Below, piece by piece: positions 1 to 12,627 of a DNA stretch of 64,000 bases. Positions within the stretch are counted from its first letter, which is position 1. Each line of letters begins with the position of its first letter. The translations under genes and the position numbers were made by a program. The notes under the pieces were generated by a model that was given only the letters and a program-made list of their open reading frames with translations, did no database searches and had not been told where the DNA came from. The stretch comes from Pavona decussata (Eukaryota). The DNA lies in the NCBI GenBank assembly GCA_977016875.1, contig CDRNST010000144.1:7316001-7380000 (forward strand), in the 5' to 3' direction.

Positions 1-2457
1 GCCTGATGGAAATAGATGTAAAAGGTATAATATGATAGTACAAATATCATTGAAACTACCAAAATTAGAGCTAAATAGTGCGATTCCACACTAGAATTTT
101 TGATATCGAAGCTGAGGACACAACATACATCTATAACAATAACTTACGTACAAAATCCCTGTCAGGACAGTTCGCAAGTGTGCATATATACCCGAGTGTA
201 TACGAGGAGGTATAAGAGAAAAGAGCATGTGAACTAAGCCAAAGTTGAGCAAAGCAACCATGCGCGCACCATTTTTGACAGTTCTGCGGTCAGTTTATAT
301 CATGAACCACTCCCTGTCATTGTTATTGTTGGGATTATACTGATACTTTGACAACTGAGCTAACCAAGCTGTAGCAGTAGAAACATCAAGTTGTTGTCAA
401 AGTTTACTCAAGGTTCAGTTTCAAGAAACTCTAATAAAAAATTGTAGTCACACGGTGTAAATGGTAATTTTTTTTAAACTAGCTAGCTGAAGAACAAAAC
501 CATGCAACTGTGTGGGCTTCAGATTAGTCACGGTCTGTCTTAAACAAAATTTAATTATGGATTTCCTAACAAAGTCGTGTATTTATTTTCTAACTGGCAG
601 ATATTCTGGATATACCTGAAAATGGTACTTTTGGAAATGAAGGTGGGTACTTTTTCATCAACAACAGTCTCTAACTTTGCACAACATCGTGTTAAGTGTT
701 TGTGTTTCCATGAAGTTTACTGACAGTGATATAGGTTATGTAGCCTATTTTCCAAACCGTCTTGAAAAAGACTAAGTTTTTAATAGTATATATTTTCAAA
801 TCAGGACCTATAACTTGATGTAATCCGTTAAAGGACCAACTTTGACTAAAAGTTATGATGATGGTGAAGTTATAAAGTGAACTTGTTGTGTTATTTAAAT
901 ATAGGCTGTATTCAATTTCTTTGTTATGTTTTTAAATTTTCATAAGCTTTTCATCTCATGATATGCAGGCTGTAAATTAAAGGAATAAGTTGCCATTAAA
1001 CACAGTGAAGATCCATATGTGCTAAATTAAGCAACTTCGGTCTTCTATCAGTAGGTTAGCACAAAATTAATGCAATGCTAATACAGCAAATAAATGACTG
1101 AGGATTACAAAGTTTCAGAAACTTTTGCAATGGGTATCAGAGTTAGCCAAATTAAGAAGTGATCTAAGGCAATTTTTGCAAAGCTCCATGCAAAGTAGGT
1201 GACTACTGGAGTTCTAATAAGTGTTGTAAACAGCCTACTGATGAAACTGCTCGGGGTACTAAACAGGTGTACAATGCAGCTCAGAATTATGGGAAATGAG
1301 AGAGTGATTTTTCAAATAAGAGTGATGAAGTACAGCTTAATGATGAAAGTTTCAAGTGGCTAGATTTGACATAGGAGACAAAATCTGTAATATAAGATGC
1401 GAATTAAGCAAAAATTATACGTCCATGTTATTTTAGAGAAAGTTACTTGGTGGCAGATTTGGCAGTTTAGCTCGGTGTTTTTTTTTAACCAGGGTTATAT
1501 ATTTATGTTCATGAAGATATTTTTGTTCCTTAATTAAATTGAGAACAAAGAATGTTCCTGTGAATGGCAACTTTCCTGTCTATTCTTGTTAGTAGTAAAT
1601 TCCACTTTATGCCACAACACTACATGAACAAAATGTGCCTTCAAGAACAAGTAGGAGTTTTCACCCAAATGATGGCACTTGAAGAAAACTTGCAGTCTCA
1701 GCTTGTCAAACTTTCCTCCAGTAATGCTTTTTTGCATAAGCCATTTATTGCCAAGATTTAGTTTTTCTTCAGTTGGTCATTTGATAATGGACTACACAAA
1801 TATAAAAAGAAAAAAATTAAAGAATTTTAATTTCCAAAGAGTTTCGATAGAGCTATCATATGGAAAATCTATGGCTAGCAAAAAACAAACTTTAAACTTA
1901 ATTAACATACCTGACAACCTGCCTATATCCAAATAGAGTTTCCATATAGCTATCATATGGAAAACCTACGGGTGGCAAAAACTAAACTGACAACCTGTTT
2001 AGCCCCATAGAGTTTTCATAGATGTTCTCTGTCAGCTGGTATGGAAATTCTATGGAACACTGGGCTCTCAACAAGCCATATCATTTCCATAGGTAAGGTA
2101 GAGTGTGGCTATGTCCCACTGCTACGGAATATCTATGGGTATTGATTTCCCATAGCTTTCCCATACATTGCCTAGCATGGAATTTTCTTCCCATACGATT
2201 GCTATAGTTCAAACTTTCACCAAAACAGACCCCTTATCAGTTCCATATCATCCCCCCAACCTTTCCATACCTTACCCATGTATGGGACAGATATGGCCCA
2301 GTCTTTGCCATATCATTCCCATAGTTTTGCTTTGGTAAGGGTGGCCTTGTTTTGCGTGCAGACATTATGAAAATTCCCGTATCAGTTAGAAAATTGTGTG
2401 CACTTGCGCCCATTTACTATCCAGTTGCCGCAAGCGAAACTGTATGGCGTCACCCTA
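1..2457. repeat. Copy 1 of a ~2.46 kb near-identical direct repeat (right end of a composite DNA transposon); runs off the window start
   Basis: 1-2457 matches 5802-8270 with scattered substitutions and small indels. The match stops at ...CCCTA in both copies. Confidence 0.95.
1840..2341. repeat. Subterminal array of CCATA/TATGG motifs ending in a putative CCC-type (CMC/EnSpm-like) terminus
   Basis: Many TTCCATAG/CCCATA/CTATGG motifs in both orientations, ending at TTGGTAAGGG (2341; CCCTTACC on minus). Second copy about 7650-8154. Family call is inference. Confidence 0.55.
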
Positions 2458-5300
2458 TCGAGTCCATTAGTAATCAATATGCAAATGAAAGAATAGTGCT
2501 GGGTGGTGATTTCAACTGTGCCGTACATGACCTTGACAAACGTGGTGGACGCTCCCTGGAGCATAAAAAAAATGTTATCAATGAATTGAATACTCTTTTA
2601 TTTACACATGATCTTGTGGACACGTGGAGGCTAAAAAATCCGAATCTTCCAGGTTTTACATGGAGTAACCCTTCTATGAAAATTCAGTGCAGGTTGGACT
2701 ATCTGTTTCTATCCAAAAATTTCGAGCACGCTATCGCCGATGTCAAAATAATGCCGAACATATTCTCAGATCATTCGGCGCTCAACGTACTGATAGGTAC
2801 TGAAGACGAACAAGCACATGGCGGCCCGGGTTTCTGGAAATTTAATAACTTGCTATTGGCTGACAAAACATATGTTGAACTCATAACAAAAACATTCCTA
2901 AATATGTTAAAAAATATCAAGAACTTGAAGACAAAGGACTTTTGTGGGAAATGATCAAGATGGAAATAAGAGCAACTACAGTCATATTCGCGAAACGCAA
3001 GGCTAGACAAAAGCACAACGAAGACAAAGAGCTTCTACTTAGATTCAATTTCTTACAGGAGCAGCTGCGCTTGAATTTCAATGATTCAACAAAAGCCAAG
3101 ATGGAACGTGTTAAAACCAAACTTGCAAGAATTACAGCAATTAAGACGCGCAGTGCAATCGTCCGCAGCAGAGCTCGATGGTATGAATTTGGTGAGAAAA
3201 ACAGCAAGTATTTTTACAATCTTGAAAAGCGAAGCCAGAAAAAAAAATATCACATCCTTGAAGAAGCCAAACGGTACTACAACCCAATGCTTGAAAGAAA
3301 TTCTAAAAGAGGAAGCAAACGTCTTTTCAAAACTTTATGAAACCAGCAATTCGAACCCTAATCTGGAAGAGTTTTAGTTCTTTTTCACATCTGACGGCCT
3401 AAAGCACCTGGAAAAGGAGGAGTCCGACAGTTGTGAAGGTTTGTTAACCATAGAAGAATGTACAAAAGTGTTGAGTAGCTTCAGCAACAACAAAACGCCA
3501 GGATCCAACGGTCTCACAATTAAATTTTATCGCTTCTTTTGGGATATTCTAGCAGCCCTGGTTGTTGGCAGCTTCAATTGCACTTTCCAAAAAGGGCGTT
3601 TATCAATTTCTCAAAAACTAGGAATAATAACACTGATTCCCAAAATAAGCAAACACCTAGAATACCTAAAAAATTGGAGATCCATTTCTTTGCTAAACAC
3701 AGATTACAAAATTGCTACTAAAGCTGTTGCTGTGCGCTTAGAAACAGTGTTACCTTAAATCATCCATCTTTGCCAGCTGGGGAACATAAAAGGAAGATAT
3801 ATTGGCGAGTGCATAAGATTAATATCTGATACAATGTCATACACTAAACAAAAAAATTTACCTGGTGCTGCAGTCTTCCTTCATTTAGAGAAAGCGTTCG
3901 ACTCAATCGAATGGAATTACCTTCAAAAATGTTTCGAAGTGTTCAGCTTTGGCCGCAGCTTCGACAGTGGGTTCAGGTATTTTATAGTGACATATCTAGC
4001 TGTGTACTCAACAATGGTTGTGCCAGTGAACATTTTCTATTGAAAACAGGTGTTAGGCAAGGGTGCCCGCTCTCGGGTTTACTGTTCATAATAGGTATAG
4101 AAATTCTTGGAAACGCTATAAAAAAATGGGATGTGATAAAAGGCATAGATATCGAGCCTGGAAAACCGTTAAGCTCGCACAATACGCGGATGACACAACC
4201 GTCATTTTAGAGGATTCGGAGTCAATACTCCATCTCTTTGAATTACTATCACAATTCGAAAAGTGTTCAGGGCTTCGAATTAATGAATCAAAATCAGAGC
4301 TGCTCTGGCTTGGGTCAGATCGCTTCTGCAAAGACAAAATCCGTAATCTCAAACTAAATGAAAAGCCTATTCTAGCTCTTGGCGTCTACGTTTCTTACGA
4401 CGATAAGCTAGCGGCACAAAAGAATGTTTTTGACAAATTAGCCTCACTTTAGAAACCTTTAAATATTTGGTCGTCAAGAGACATATCGATCTATGGTAGA
4501 ATAAATATAGTTAAAACCCTTGCTTCGTCGAAACTAACCTTCGTTTGCAGCGTACTAGATACACCGGACTCCTTCACAGGCGAAGTCAACAAAAAAATTT
4601 TTGATTACATATGGAAATACAAAAATCCGAAAATTAAAAAGACCACAATCTTGAATTGCAAAAAAGAAGGAGGTCTTAACATGACTGATTTCGCGCTCTT
4701 CAACAAAGCTTTAATGCTGTGTTGGGTAAAACGTCTGTGCTCGCATGAATTGTACCCTTGGAAAATCATCCCTACATTCCTCCTTTCCAATGTTGGTGGG
4801 AACCTTCTGTTTTGTTGTAGCTACGATGCTAAGTATTTAAAATTAAGCGACCAGCTTCCATCTTTCTATAAAAACTTAATAATCTACTGGAAGGATTTCC
4901 GGAACTTGGACGCCCCACAATCTAAAGGGGAGGTGCTCAACCAAATCATTTCGAACAACAAATTTATCAAAATAATTAAGGTGTCAGTGTTCATCCGGAG
5001 CTGGCACCATGCTGGCATTCAGCATCTCTCTTCATTATTAGATAGATCTGAAAACAACTTCCTCAATTTCAACAATTTCAAGCACAAATTCAATGTAAAA
5101 TGTAACTTTTTACAGTACTACTGACTTTTGTCTGCAATACCTCACCAGTGGAAAGATCGCTTAAACATTTTAGATCCAGAAGAGACTGTTACTAACCAAT
5201 TAGTCATTGAGAAATTGACCTGTAAAACGATTTATAAGTCGTTATCAAGTCTTAAAAATTTTCCGCCCCCGACAGCTGACAAAAGGTTAACAGAGTTAGG
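2458..5300 (+). mobile_element. Degenerate L1/Tx1-clade non-LTR retrotransposon ORF2, truncated at both ends
   Basis: APE endonuclease motifs (GGDFN, RLDYLF, SDH), RT motifs (GVRQGCPLS, QYADD), KKEGGL. Multiple frameshifts and stops across ORFs 2352-5300. Confidence 0.93.
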
Positions 5301-5349
5301 TTGCTTCCTTACTATAATGATAACATTAAGGTCTGCATTAAATCTTCAG

Positions 5350-5836
5350 ACTCGATCTCATAGAAATCACTGGGAAAAGGCAGTGCAAAGTCCCTATAAT
5401 TCTGACACCGGACACCAAGTCTGCCATCGGGCTTCTGATTGCAAAAAGGCTGGATACAATTCCACAGGCTAACAAGTTTGTGTTTGCCTGCGCAACTAAA
5501 AATTCCTTGGGCCATTTATGCAGCTGGGACTGCGTCTCAGCAAGCGTAAAAGAAGTTGTGGGGTCCCTGAAATCACCAAAGTCTATCACAAGTACGAAGT
5601 TACAAAAATATATTGCGACAGTTTCGCAGACGACGGCGTTAACTGAGGTGGACATGGATTGGTTGGCGCGCCACCTTGGACACGACATTAGGGTGCACAA
5701 GGAATTTTATTGTCTGCATGAATCCACCGCAGAATTGGCCAAAGTCACCAAACTGCTGTTGGCAGTGGACGCTGGTGAAATAAAACAGATGGCGGGGAAA
5801 CGCCTGATGGAAATAAATGTAAAAGGTATAATATGA
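5350..5836 (+). pseudogene. C-terminal catalytic fragment of a tyrosine recombinase (LRKYIAT...LGHDIRVH..FY type)
   Basis: Translates as IEITGKRQCKVPIILT...STKLQKYIATVSQ...WLARHLGHDIRVHKEFY, with LGH and the catalytic Tyr; the expected Arg reads Gln. Its last codons recur at positions 1-35. Confidence 0.78.
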
Positions 5837-8270
5837 TAGTACAAATATCATTGAAACTACCAAAATTAGAGCTAAACAGTGCGATTCCACACTAGAATTT
5901 TTGATATCGAAGCTGAGGACACAACATACATCTATAACAATAGCTTACGTACAAAATCCCTGTCAGGACAGTTCGCAAGTGTGCATATATACCCGAGTGT
6001 ATACGAGGAGGTATAAGAGAAAAGAGCATGTGAACTAAGCCAAAGTTGAGCAAAGCAACCATGCGCGCACCATTTTTGACAGTTCTGCGGTCAGTTTATA
6101 TCATGAACCACTCCCTGTCATTGTTATTGTTGGGATTATACTGATACTTTGACAACTGAGCTAACCAAGCTGTAGCAGTAGAAACATCAAGTTGTTGTCA
6201 AAGTTTACTCAAGGTTCAGTTTCAAGAAACTCTAATAAAAAATTGTAGTCACACGGTGCAAATGGTAAATTTTTTTAAACTAGCTAGCTGAAGAACAAAA
6301 CCATGCAACTGTGTGGGCTTCAGATTAGTCACGGTCTGTCTTAAACAAAATTTAATTATGGATTTCCTAACAAAGTACTGTTTTTATTTTCTAACTGGCA
6401 GATATTCTGGATATACCTGAAAATGGTACTTTTGGAAATGAAGATGGGTACTTTTTCATCAACAACAGTCTCTAACTTTGCACATCATGTTAAGTGTTTG
6501 TATTTACATGAAGTTTACTGACAGTGATATAGGTTATGCAGCCTATTTTCCAAACCGTCTTGAAAAAGACTAAGTTTTTAATAGTATATATTTTCAAATC
6601 AACTGCAAAAGGACCTGTAACTTGATGTAATCCGTTAAAGGACCAACACTGACTGAAAGTTATGATGATAATGAAGTTATAAAGTGAACTTGTTGTGTTA
6701 TTTAAATATAGGCTGTATTCAATTTCTTTGTTATGTTTTTAAATTTTCATAAGCTTTTCATCTCATGATATGCAGGCTGTAAATTAAAGGAATAAGTTGC
6801 CATTAAACACAGTGAAGATCCATATGTGCTAAATTAAGCAACTTCGGTCTTCTATCAGTAGGTTAGCACAAAATTAATGCAATGCTGATACAGCAAATAA
6901 ATGACTGAGGATTACAAAGTTTCAGAAACTTTTGCAATGGGTATCAGAGTTAGCCAAATTAAGAAGTGATCTAAGGCAATTTTTGCAAAGCTCCATGCAA
7001 AGTAGGTGACTACTGGAGTTCTAATAAGTGTTGTAAACAGCCTACTGATGAAACTGCTCGGGGTACTAAACAGGTGTACAATGCAGGTCGGAATTATGGG
7101 AAATGAGAGGGTGTGATTTTTCAAATAAGAGTGATGAAGTACAGCTTAATCATAAGAGTTTCAAGAAGCTAGATTTGACATAGGAGACAAAATCTGTAAT
7201 ATAAGATGCGAATTAAGCAAAAATTATACGTCCATGTTATTTTAGAGAAAGTTACTTGGTGGCAGATTTGGCAGTTTAGCTTGGTGTTTTTTTTTTTAAC
7301 CAGGGTTATATATTTATGTTCATGAAGATATTTTTGTTCCTTAATTAAATTGAGAACAAAGAATGTTCCTGTGAATGGCAACTTTCCTGTCTATTCTTGT
7401 TAGTAGTAAATTCCACTTTATGCCACAACACTACATGAACAAAATGTGCCTTCAAGAACAAGTAGGAGTTTTCACCCAAATGATGGCACTTGAAGAAAAC
7501 TTGCAGTCTCAGCTGGTCAACTTTCCTCCAGTAATGCTTTTTTGCATAAGCCATTTATTGCCAAGATTTAGTTTTTTCTTCAGTTGGTCATTTAATAATG
7601 GACTGCATACATATAAAAAGAAAAAAAAATAAAAGAGTTTTAATTTCCAAAGAGTTTTCATAGAGCTATCATATGGAAAATCTATGGGTAGCAAAAAACA
7701 AACTTTAAACTTAATTAACATACCTGACAACCTGCCTATATCCAAATAGAGTTTCCATATAGCTATCATATGGAAAACCTATAGGTGGCAAAAACTAAAC
7801 TGACAACCTGTTTAGCCCCATAGAGTTTCCATAGATGTTCCCTGTCAGCTGGTATGGAAATTCTATGGAACATTGGGCTCTCAACAAGCCATATCATTTC
7901 CATAGGTAAGGTAGAGTGTGGCTATGTCCCACTGCTATGGAACATCTATGGGTATTGATTTCCCATAGCTTTCCCATATATTGCCTAGCATGGGATTTTC
8001 TTCCCATACGATTTCCATAGTTCAAACTTTCACCAAAACAGACCCCTTATCAGTTCCATATCATCCCCCCAACCTTTCCATACCTTACCCATATATGGGA
8101 CAGATATGGCCCAGTCTTTGCCATATCATTCCCATAGTTTTGCTTTGGTAAGGGTGGCCTTGTTTTGCGTGCAGCCATTATGAAAATTCCCGTATCAGTT
8201 AGAAAACTGTGTGCACTCGCGCCCATTTACTATCCGGTTGCCACAAGCCAAACTGTATGGCATTACCCTA
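5802..8270. repeat. Copy 2 of the ~2.46 kb direct repeat
   Basis: Matches 1-2457. Confidence 0.95.
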
Positions 8271-8495
8271 GCGAGATGATCATTCTGAAGAGTAAAGAAT
8301 ACCAACAAATCTTGAAAGGCTGGTTGCCTGCAGATTTGAAAGATGAATGGCATTTTCTCTTCCGAGCTTCTCAAGATGACTTTTCTGCAGATTCGTTCAA
8401 AACATTCAAAATGCGACAACAAAGGCCCCACAATCACAACTGCAAAAAGTGGAGAATACATTTTTGAAGGCTTCACCGAGGAAACATGGCAGAAC
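8271..8495 (+). pseudogene. Disrupted TLDc-domain exon (host-gene fragment)
   Basis: ILKGWLP..EWHFLFRASQDDFSADSF / HSKCDNKGPTITTAKSGEYIFEGFTEETW matches the TLDc pattern LLYRASRDGF..FH.KCD.KGPT..GY.FGGF. Frameshift near 8400. Confidence 0.8.
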
Positions 8496-9297
8496 CTTTC
8501 TCACCGAAAATCTTCTGCCAGGTAAGGGACCTTCGATTATTTATTGGAGGGGGGGGTGGGTGTGGGGTGAGAAATTAGAGAAAACTTTATTTTTCTCATG
8601 TTATTCCTTAGTATTAATTATTTGTTTTGGACCCCCTATTTTGCTAGGGGAATATTTCAATGCCCCCTTCCCCTCTCACCCAACACAAAAACATTTCATC
8701 CGAATATGCAGTTGTAAAATTATAACTTGCACTTAAGAATGCACACCATTTTTCATGGGTGTAGTTGTTATAGTCAGGGAGCTGAGGCTAAAAAAAAGGT
8801 TTTGTTCCATCCACACCCAAGTAAAGATTTGAAATCGAATTATGGTAGAACAGAACCTCCTGAATAGTGCCAAGTAGTTCGTAGAGTTGAAATGTGGTAT
8901 AATGTAAAAGTTAAGACCATGTTTTGTGACCTAATCTATGTCTAAGGCATGGAAACCAGGCCAAAAAAGTAAAATGCCTTGAACTGGATAATTGTTTTCT
9001 AAAATAGTCAAAAGCCGTAGATAAGAGTCCTTCCATGTCGACTTTTATGACAGCCTTATTTAACATTACTGAACTTGAGTCACATGGTATATCACGTGAC
9101 CTGCTGTGTAAAATCGACAAATTATAAGTGAAATGTTGTAAAACAGAATACAAAAACACCTTATGTTTAACTCGTGGACTCTAACAGTACATTTTCGTCA
9201 CATCTTCCTGTCTTTGTAGGCTCTTTTACAACTGCAACACATTCTTAGAGCTAGATTTCCATCAACATGAAAACAAGATTCAGATGTGTAGGCTAAA

Positions 9298-9400
9298 TCA
9301 ACAACAACAACAACTTTATTTATATACGGTAAAAAAAACATTAGGCAAGGAGAAAAATTATTAAAATTAACTATCACTAATAACAAACCTATGCAGAACT
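9298..9400 (-). mobile_element. 3' tail of a LINE with AATAAA and (GTT)n
   Basis: Minus strand reads ...ATAAATAAAGTTGTTGTTGTTGTTG. Confidence 0.5.
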
Positions 9401-9489
9401 GGTTATAAAGAAGAAATCATGATAATACACCTTTGCTTTTCATTATCATGAAATAAATTTTCATTAGTGCGATAACATTTGCCAATAAG

Positions 9490-9835
9490 ATTAATGTATA
9501 TGTCCCCAATATTTTAAAGAATATTTCAAACATAATAATACAATCCATGCACGCGCCACTAGACAAAGCAACCTTTTACATCCGCCTGCTGTGAGGACTG
9601 AGATCGCAAGACGATCTTTCTATTACTATAGTATTTCGTATTTATTTGTTTTTGAATCTTTTATTTGTACATAGTTTTCTATCTATATTATTATCAGTAT
9701 AAGTTTAATCCATATGTATATTATAGTTTTAGTACATTGCTGTGCTCAGGGTTCCCATTGATAACAGACAGCTTTTTGCATCTGAAAGGGCTACCCTGAG
9801 CGGTATAAATCAATAAAGGTTCTTCTTCTCCTTCT
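9490..9835 (+). mobile_element. 5'-truncated CR1/L2-group LINE 3' end
   Basis: CPQYFKEYFKHNNTIHARATRQSNLLHPPAVRTEIARRSFYY, then a 3' UTR ending CAATAAAGGTTCTTCTTCT. Confidence 0.7.
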
Positions 9836-11223
9836 TTAACTAGGAAATGAAACATTTTAATTTGTGGCAGAGTCATTAAGGAGTTCTGCATCGAAAAGAA
9901 GATTCATTAAGCCCAATTACAATAGAGTTTTATCGAAAACAACATTCTATAGTGCGAATGAAGATTCATTAACCTAGGGTTGACGTTCCACTGCGCGAAT
10001 AAAATTTCAACTACAAAAGATTTTAGTTACGTGGTTCCTGACTAATTTCCCTATGGATTTATATGGATGCTTAAATTTAAATTACGCTAATTGTCTACTA
10101 TAAAGGTTTTCAAACTCATCCTTTTTAGCACATGGTTTTGTATGTGGTTTGTAAACAGTCAAGAAATTAAACGTCTCGAGTTGGTTAAATTGTAGTCGTT
10201 CCTGTTTGAACTTCTTGAGACAGAATTCGTCAAAACCGTATCCCAATCAGAACATCGTGAAAGGATAGTTAGGGCGTTTGAAGATCCCTGCGAGAAGAGG
10301 AGAAATGTGAACACGATAATTGCCAGAAAATGTGCAGCGTGGTTTAGGTTTATGCAGACTTACATATACCATGATGTTTGAGTGGGGAGTTGATTGAAGG
10401 ATAGAGCTAAGACTTGCTTGATTGTTATGTTGACTGTATCTCTGTTGTAATGAATTTTTTTCCTCGTTAAAGAACATTAAGAAGTGTCTAATGTTTGTTC
10501 ATTCTCTTAAAAGTTTGTTATTTCCATTAAATTAAACTGATATTTGCATTAATGAACTTTCTTCTCTATGTAAAGCGCCTTATTGACGACACCGAAAATT
10601 AAAACGTTTGTCTATTTTCATACAATGATTACACATTCGCCTTAATGATTTAATTTTTAACACTAACGAAAATGTATTTCCTGTTAATATACGATCTGAG
10701 TTCTCTATCAAAATACGCGCGCGCCCATTGGTTAAAATCGATCATGTGATTTTCATTTACGTCACGACACCACATTCCGAGAGTGCAGTGTTGGCGATAA
10801 CTTATGAAAATCGTGAGTTATTGCAAATGGCTCCAAGGTTTGCACAGGTTGGAGAGAAGGAAATCCCTCAAATCATCAGTGACTCGATTCCAACGAACAC
10901 CAAGAGACAAACAGCCTGGAGTGTTTCCATTTTTAAAGGTAAAAGGGTAGTATCAGCTCAGTTGATGCCCGTCTAAATCTCAAACATGGGGTATGGGACT
11001 CAGACAGTCTTAGTACCACGCTATTACAGGTTTCATTGTTCCTTGTATTTTTACTGTCTCTAGCAAGTCACGTGAGATAGTAGGTACTAGACAAGTACAG
11101 CGTGCTAGTTAAAGTACTATTGCCTAATAATCTGGACTAGGAGCTGTGTTAGCTTTTTCCAGGTCACTTGCTTATTGCTATCGCTAGCGTGCATGCAGTA
11201 CAACTTAGTAGTTGATTAGAAGT

Positions 11224-12540
11224 ATGGCCGAAAAGAACGACAAGTCTACAGACCTGGCTGCAGAAAGTAAGCGAACACCAAAGTGTTCGGGATGCAAAAT
11301 CCCTCACAGTATCCACACGTTCGGAGAGCCAGGCCCTTATTGTACCGGAACGACAGGTTTGCCTTCAGATGGCGCTGTTTCTCTGGACCCAAATGATAAA
11401 CCAGAGGCCAAGCTCTCAACCGGGAATCCATGTTCCGAAAGTGTCAAAAAAGTTACACAGAGCGAAGACGAAAAAGTTGCACAGAGCGTAGACGAGGATG
11501 ACGAAGAAACGCAGCTGTTGGAAAAACTAAAAAATCTGGAGTTGGCCGAGGCTGGGTTGGAGAAGCAACGCCGGGTAAAGGCCCTTCAACACCGCGTGGC
11601 TGAGGCAGAACAACGTCTAGCGTCTTTGCAGACCGCTCCATCGCCAACTCCAGTCGCCGCCGCCATGATGAACAGTGCAGCGAACACGAAGACGAAAGCT
11701 CCGCCGGACACTCCGCTGGACGGGCTCCTCGCAGGCGTCCAAACGAACATGGCGGCTCAGAACAATGCTACAGAAAAACCCACTGTTGAACACGGTTCGC
11801 CGGATGGTCCTCTTTCTTCGCCTGACGCATGGCAGGAGTCGCTGATGTATCTAAAGCCAGCGCAGCTTGCAAAGGGTGAGCATATTTTACGCATAGTTGA
11901 CTTTATCGACAAGATAGTCCCGAACATTGATGAGCGAACAATTTCCGAAGTAGGACTGACTTAGTTAATGGTATCCTACGGGCCCAAAAAGCCTAAGTTG
12001 GACTCTGTGTCCCTAGCTCAGTGGGTCATTGGCAACACCAGAATTTTCTTTACCTTATTGCAATTAGGTAAGCTGCCATCCCCTACGGATGTGCAGCACT
12101 ACTTAGCGTACACAGTAAAAATCATGGAGCTGAGTAGTAAGTTTACTTGGGCCTCTGTGCTCAAGTATGATGACGAGTTTCGTCATCTACAGGCCATATA
12201 TAATTATCCCTGGAGCTACGACTCTCCACATCTCCACACTGTCCTGCTAGTTCCTATCTCAGCTCCATCTCGGCAATTGCCTTCTAGGTTGGGTCCTACC
12301 ACCCCCTCCCTCGGGTCACTACTTGCTAATTCTACACAAGAGGGTAAAATTATTTGTAGGAACTACAATCGTAGTACGGGTTGTAATCTTTATGAGTGTC
12401 ACTTTGCACATGTGTGCAATAAAAAGACCAATGGGAAGGCATGTGCTCAGTCGCATCCTTTTTATGCGCATCGGGGTGACTCTCGGGCCACCCCCACCCC
12501 ACCTCCGGGTCTTCAGTCTCCCCCCGCGGGGACTCATTGA
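11224..12540 (+). CDS. Ngaro ORF1 (gag-like) with one in-frame TAG at 11962-11964
   Basis: ORFs 11212-11964 and 11968-12540 share a frame. Coiled-coil region and C-terminal Cys/His finger CRNYNRSTGCNLYECHFAHVC..CAQSH. Confidence 0.85.
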
Positions 12541-12627
12541 CTACCTACTTCCTCACCCCTAAATACTGATCTTTGGCTGGCAGAATTAAGCGATGATGAG
12601 GATCGCACATTCCTCTCTGATGGCATT

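Noticed and set aside
1534-1936. Short ORFs repeated at 7345-7769
   Set aside because: They recur only because the DNA is duplicated; indels change the frames between copies and no motif is recognisable.
1840-2341. CRISPR-like or satellite array
   Set aside because: Motifs are 5-8 bp, irregularly spaced and in both orientations, in a eukaryotic transposon context.
8523-8700. G-run MITE-like fragment (similar scrap at 30135-30290)
   Set aside because: Only one plausible end; cannot be delimited or classified.
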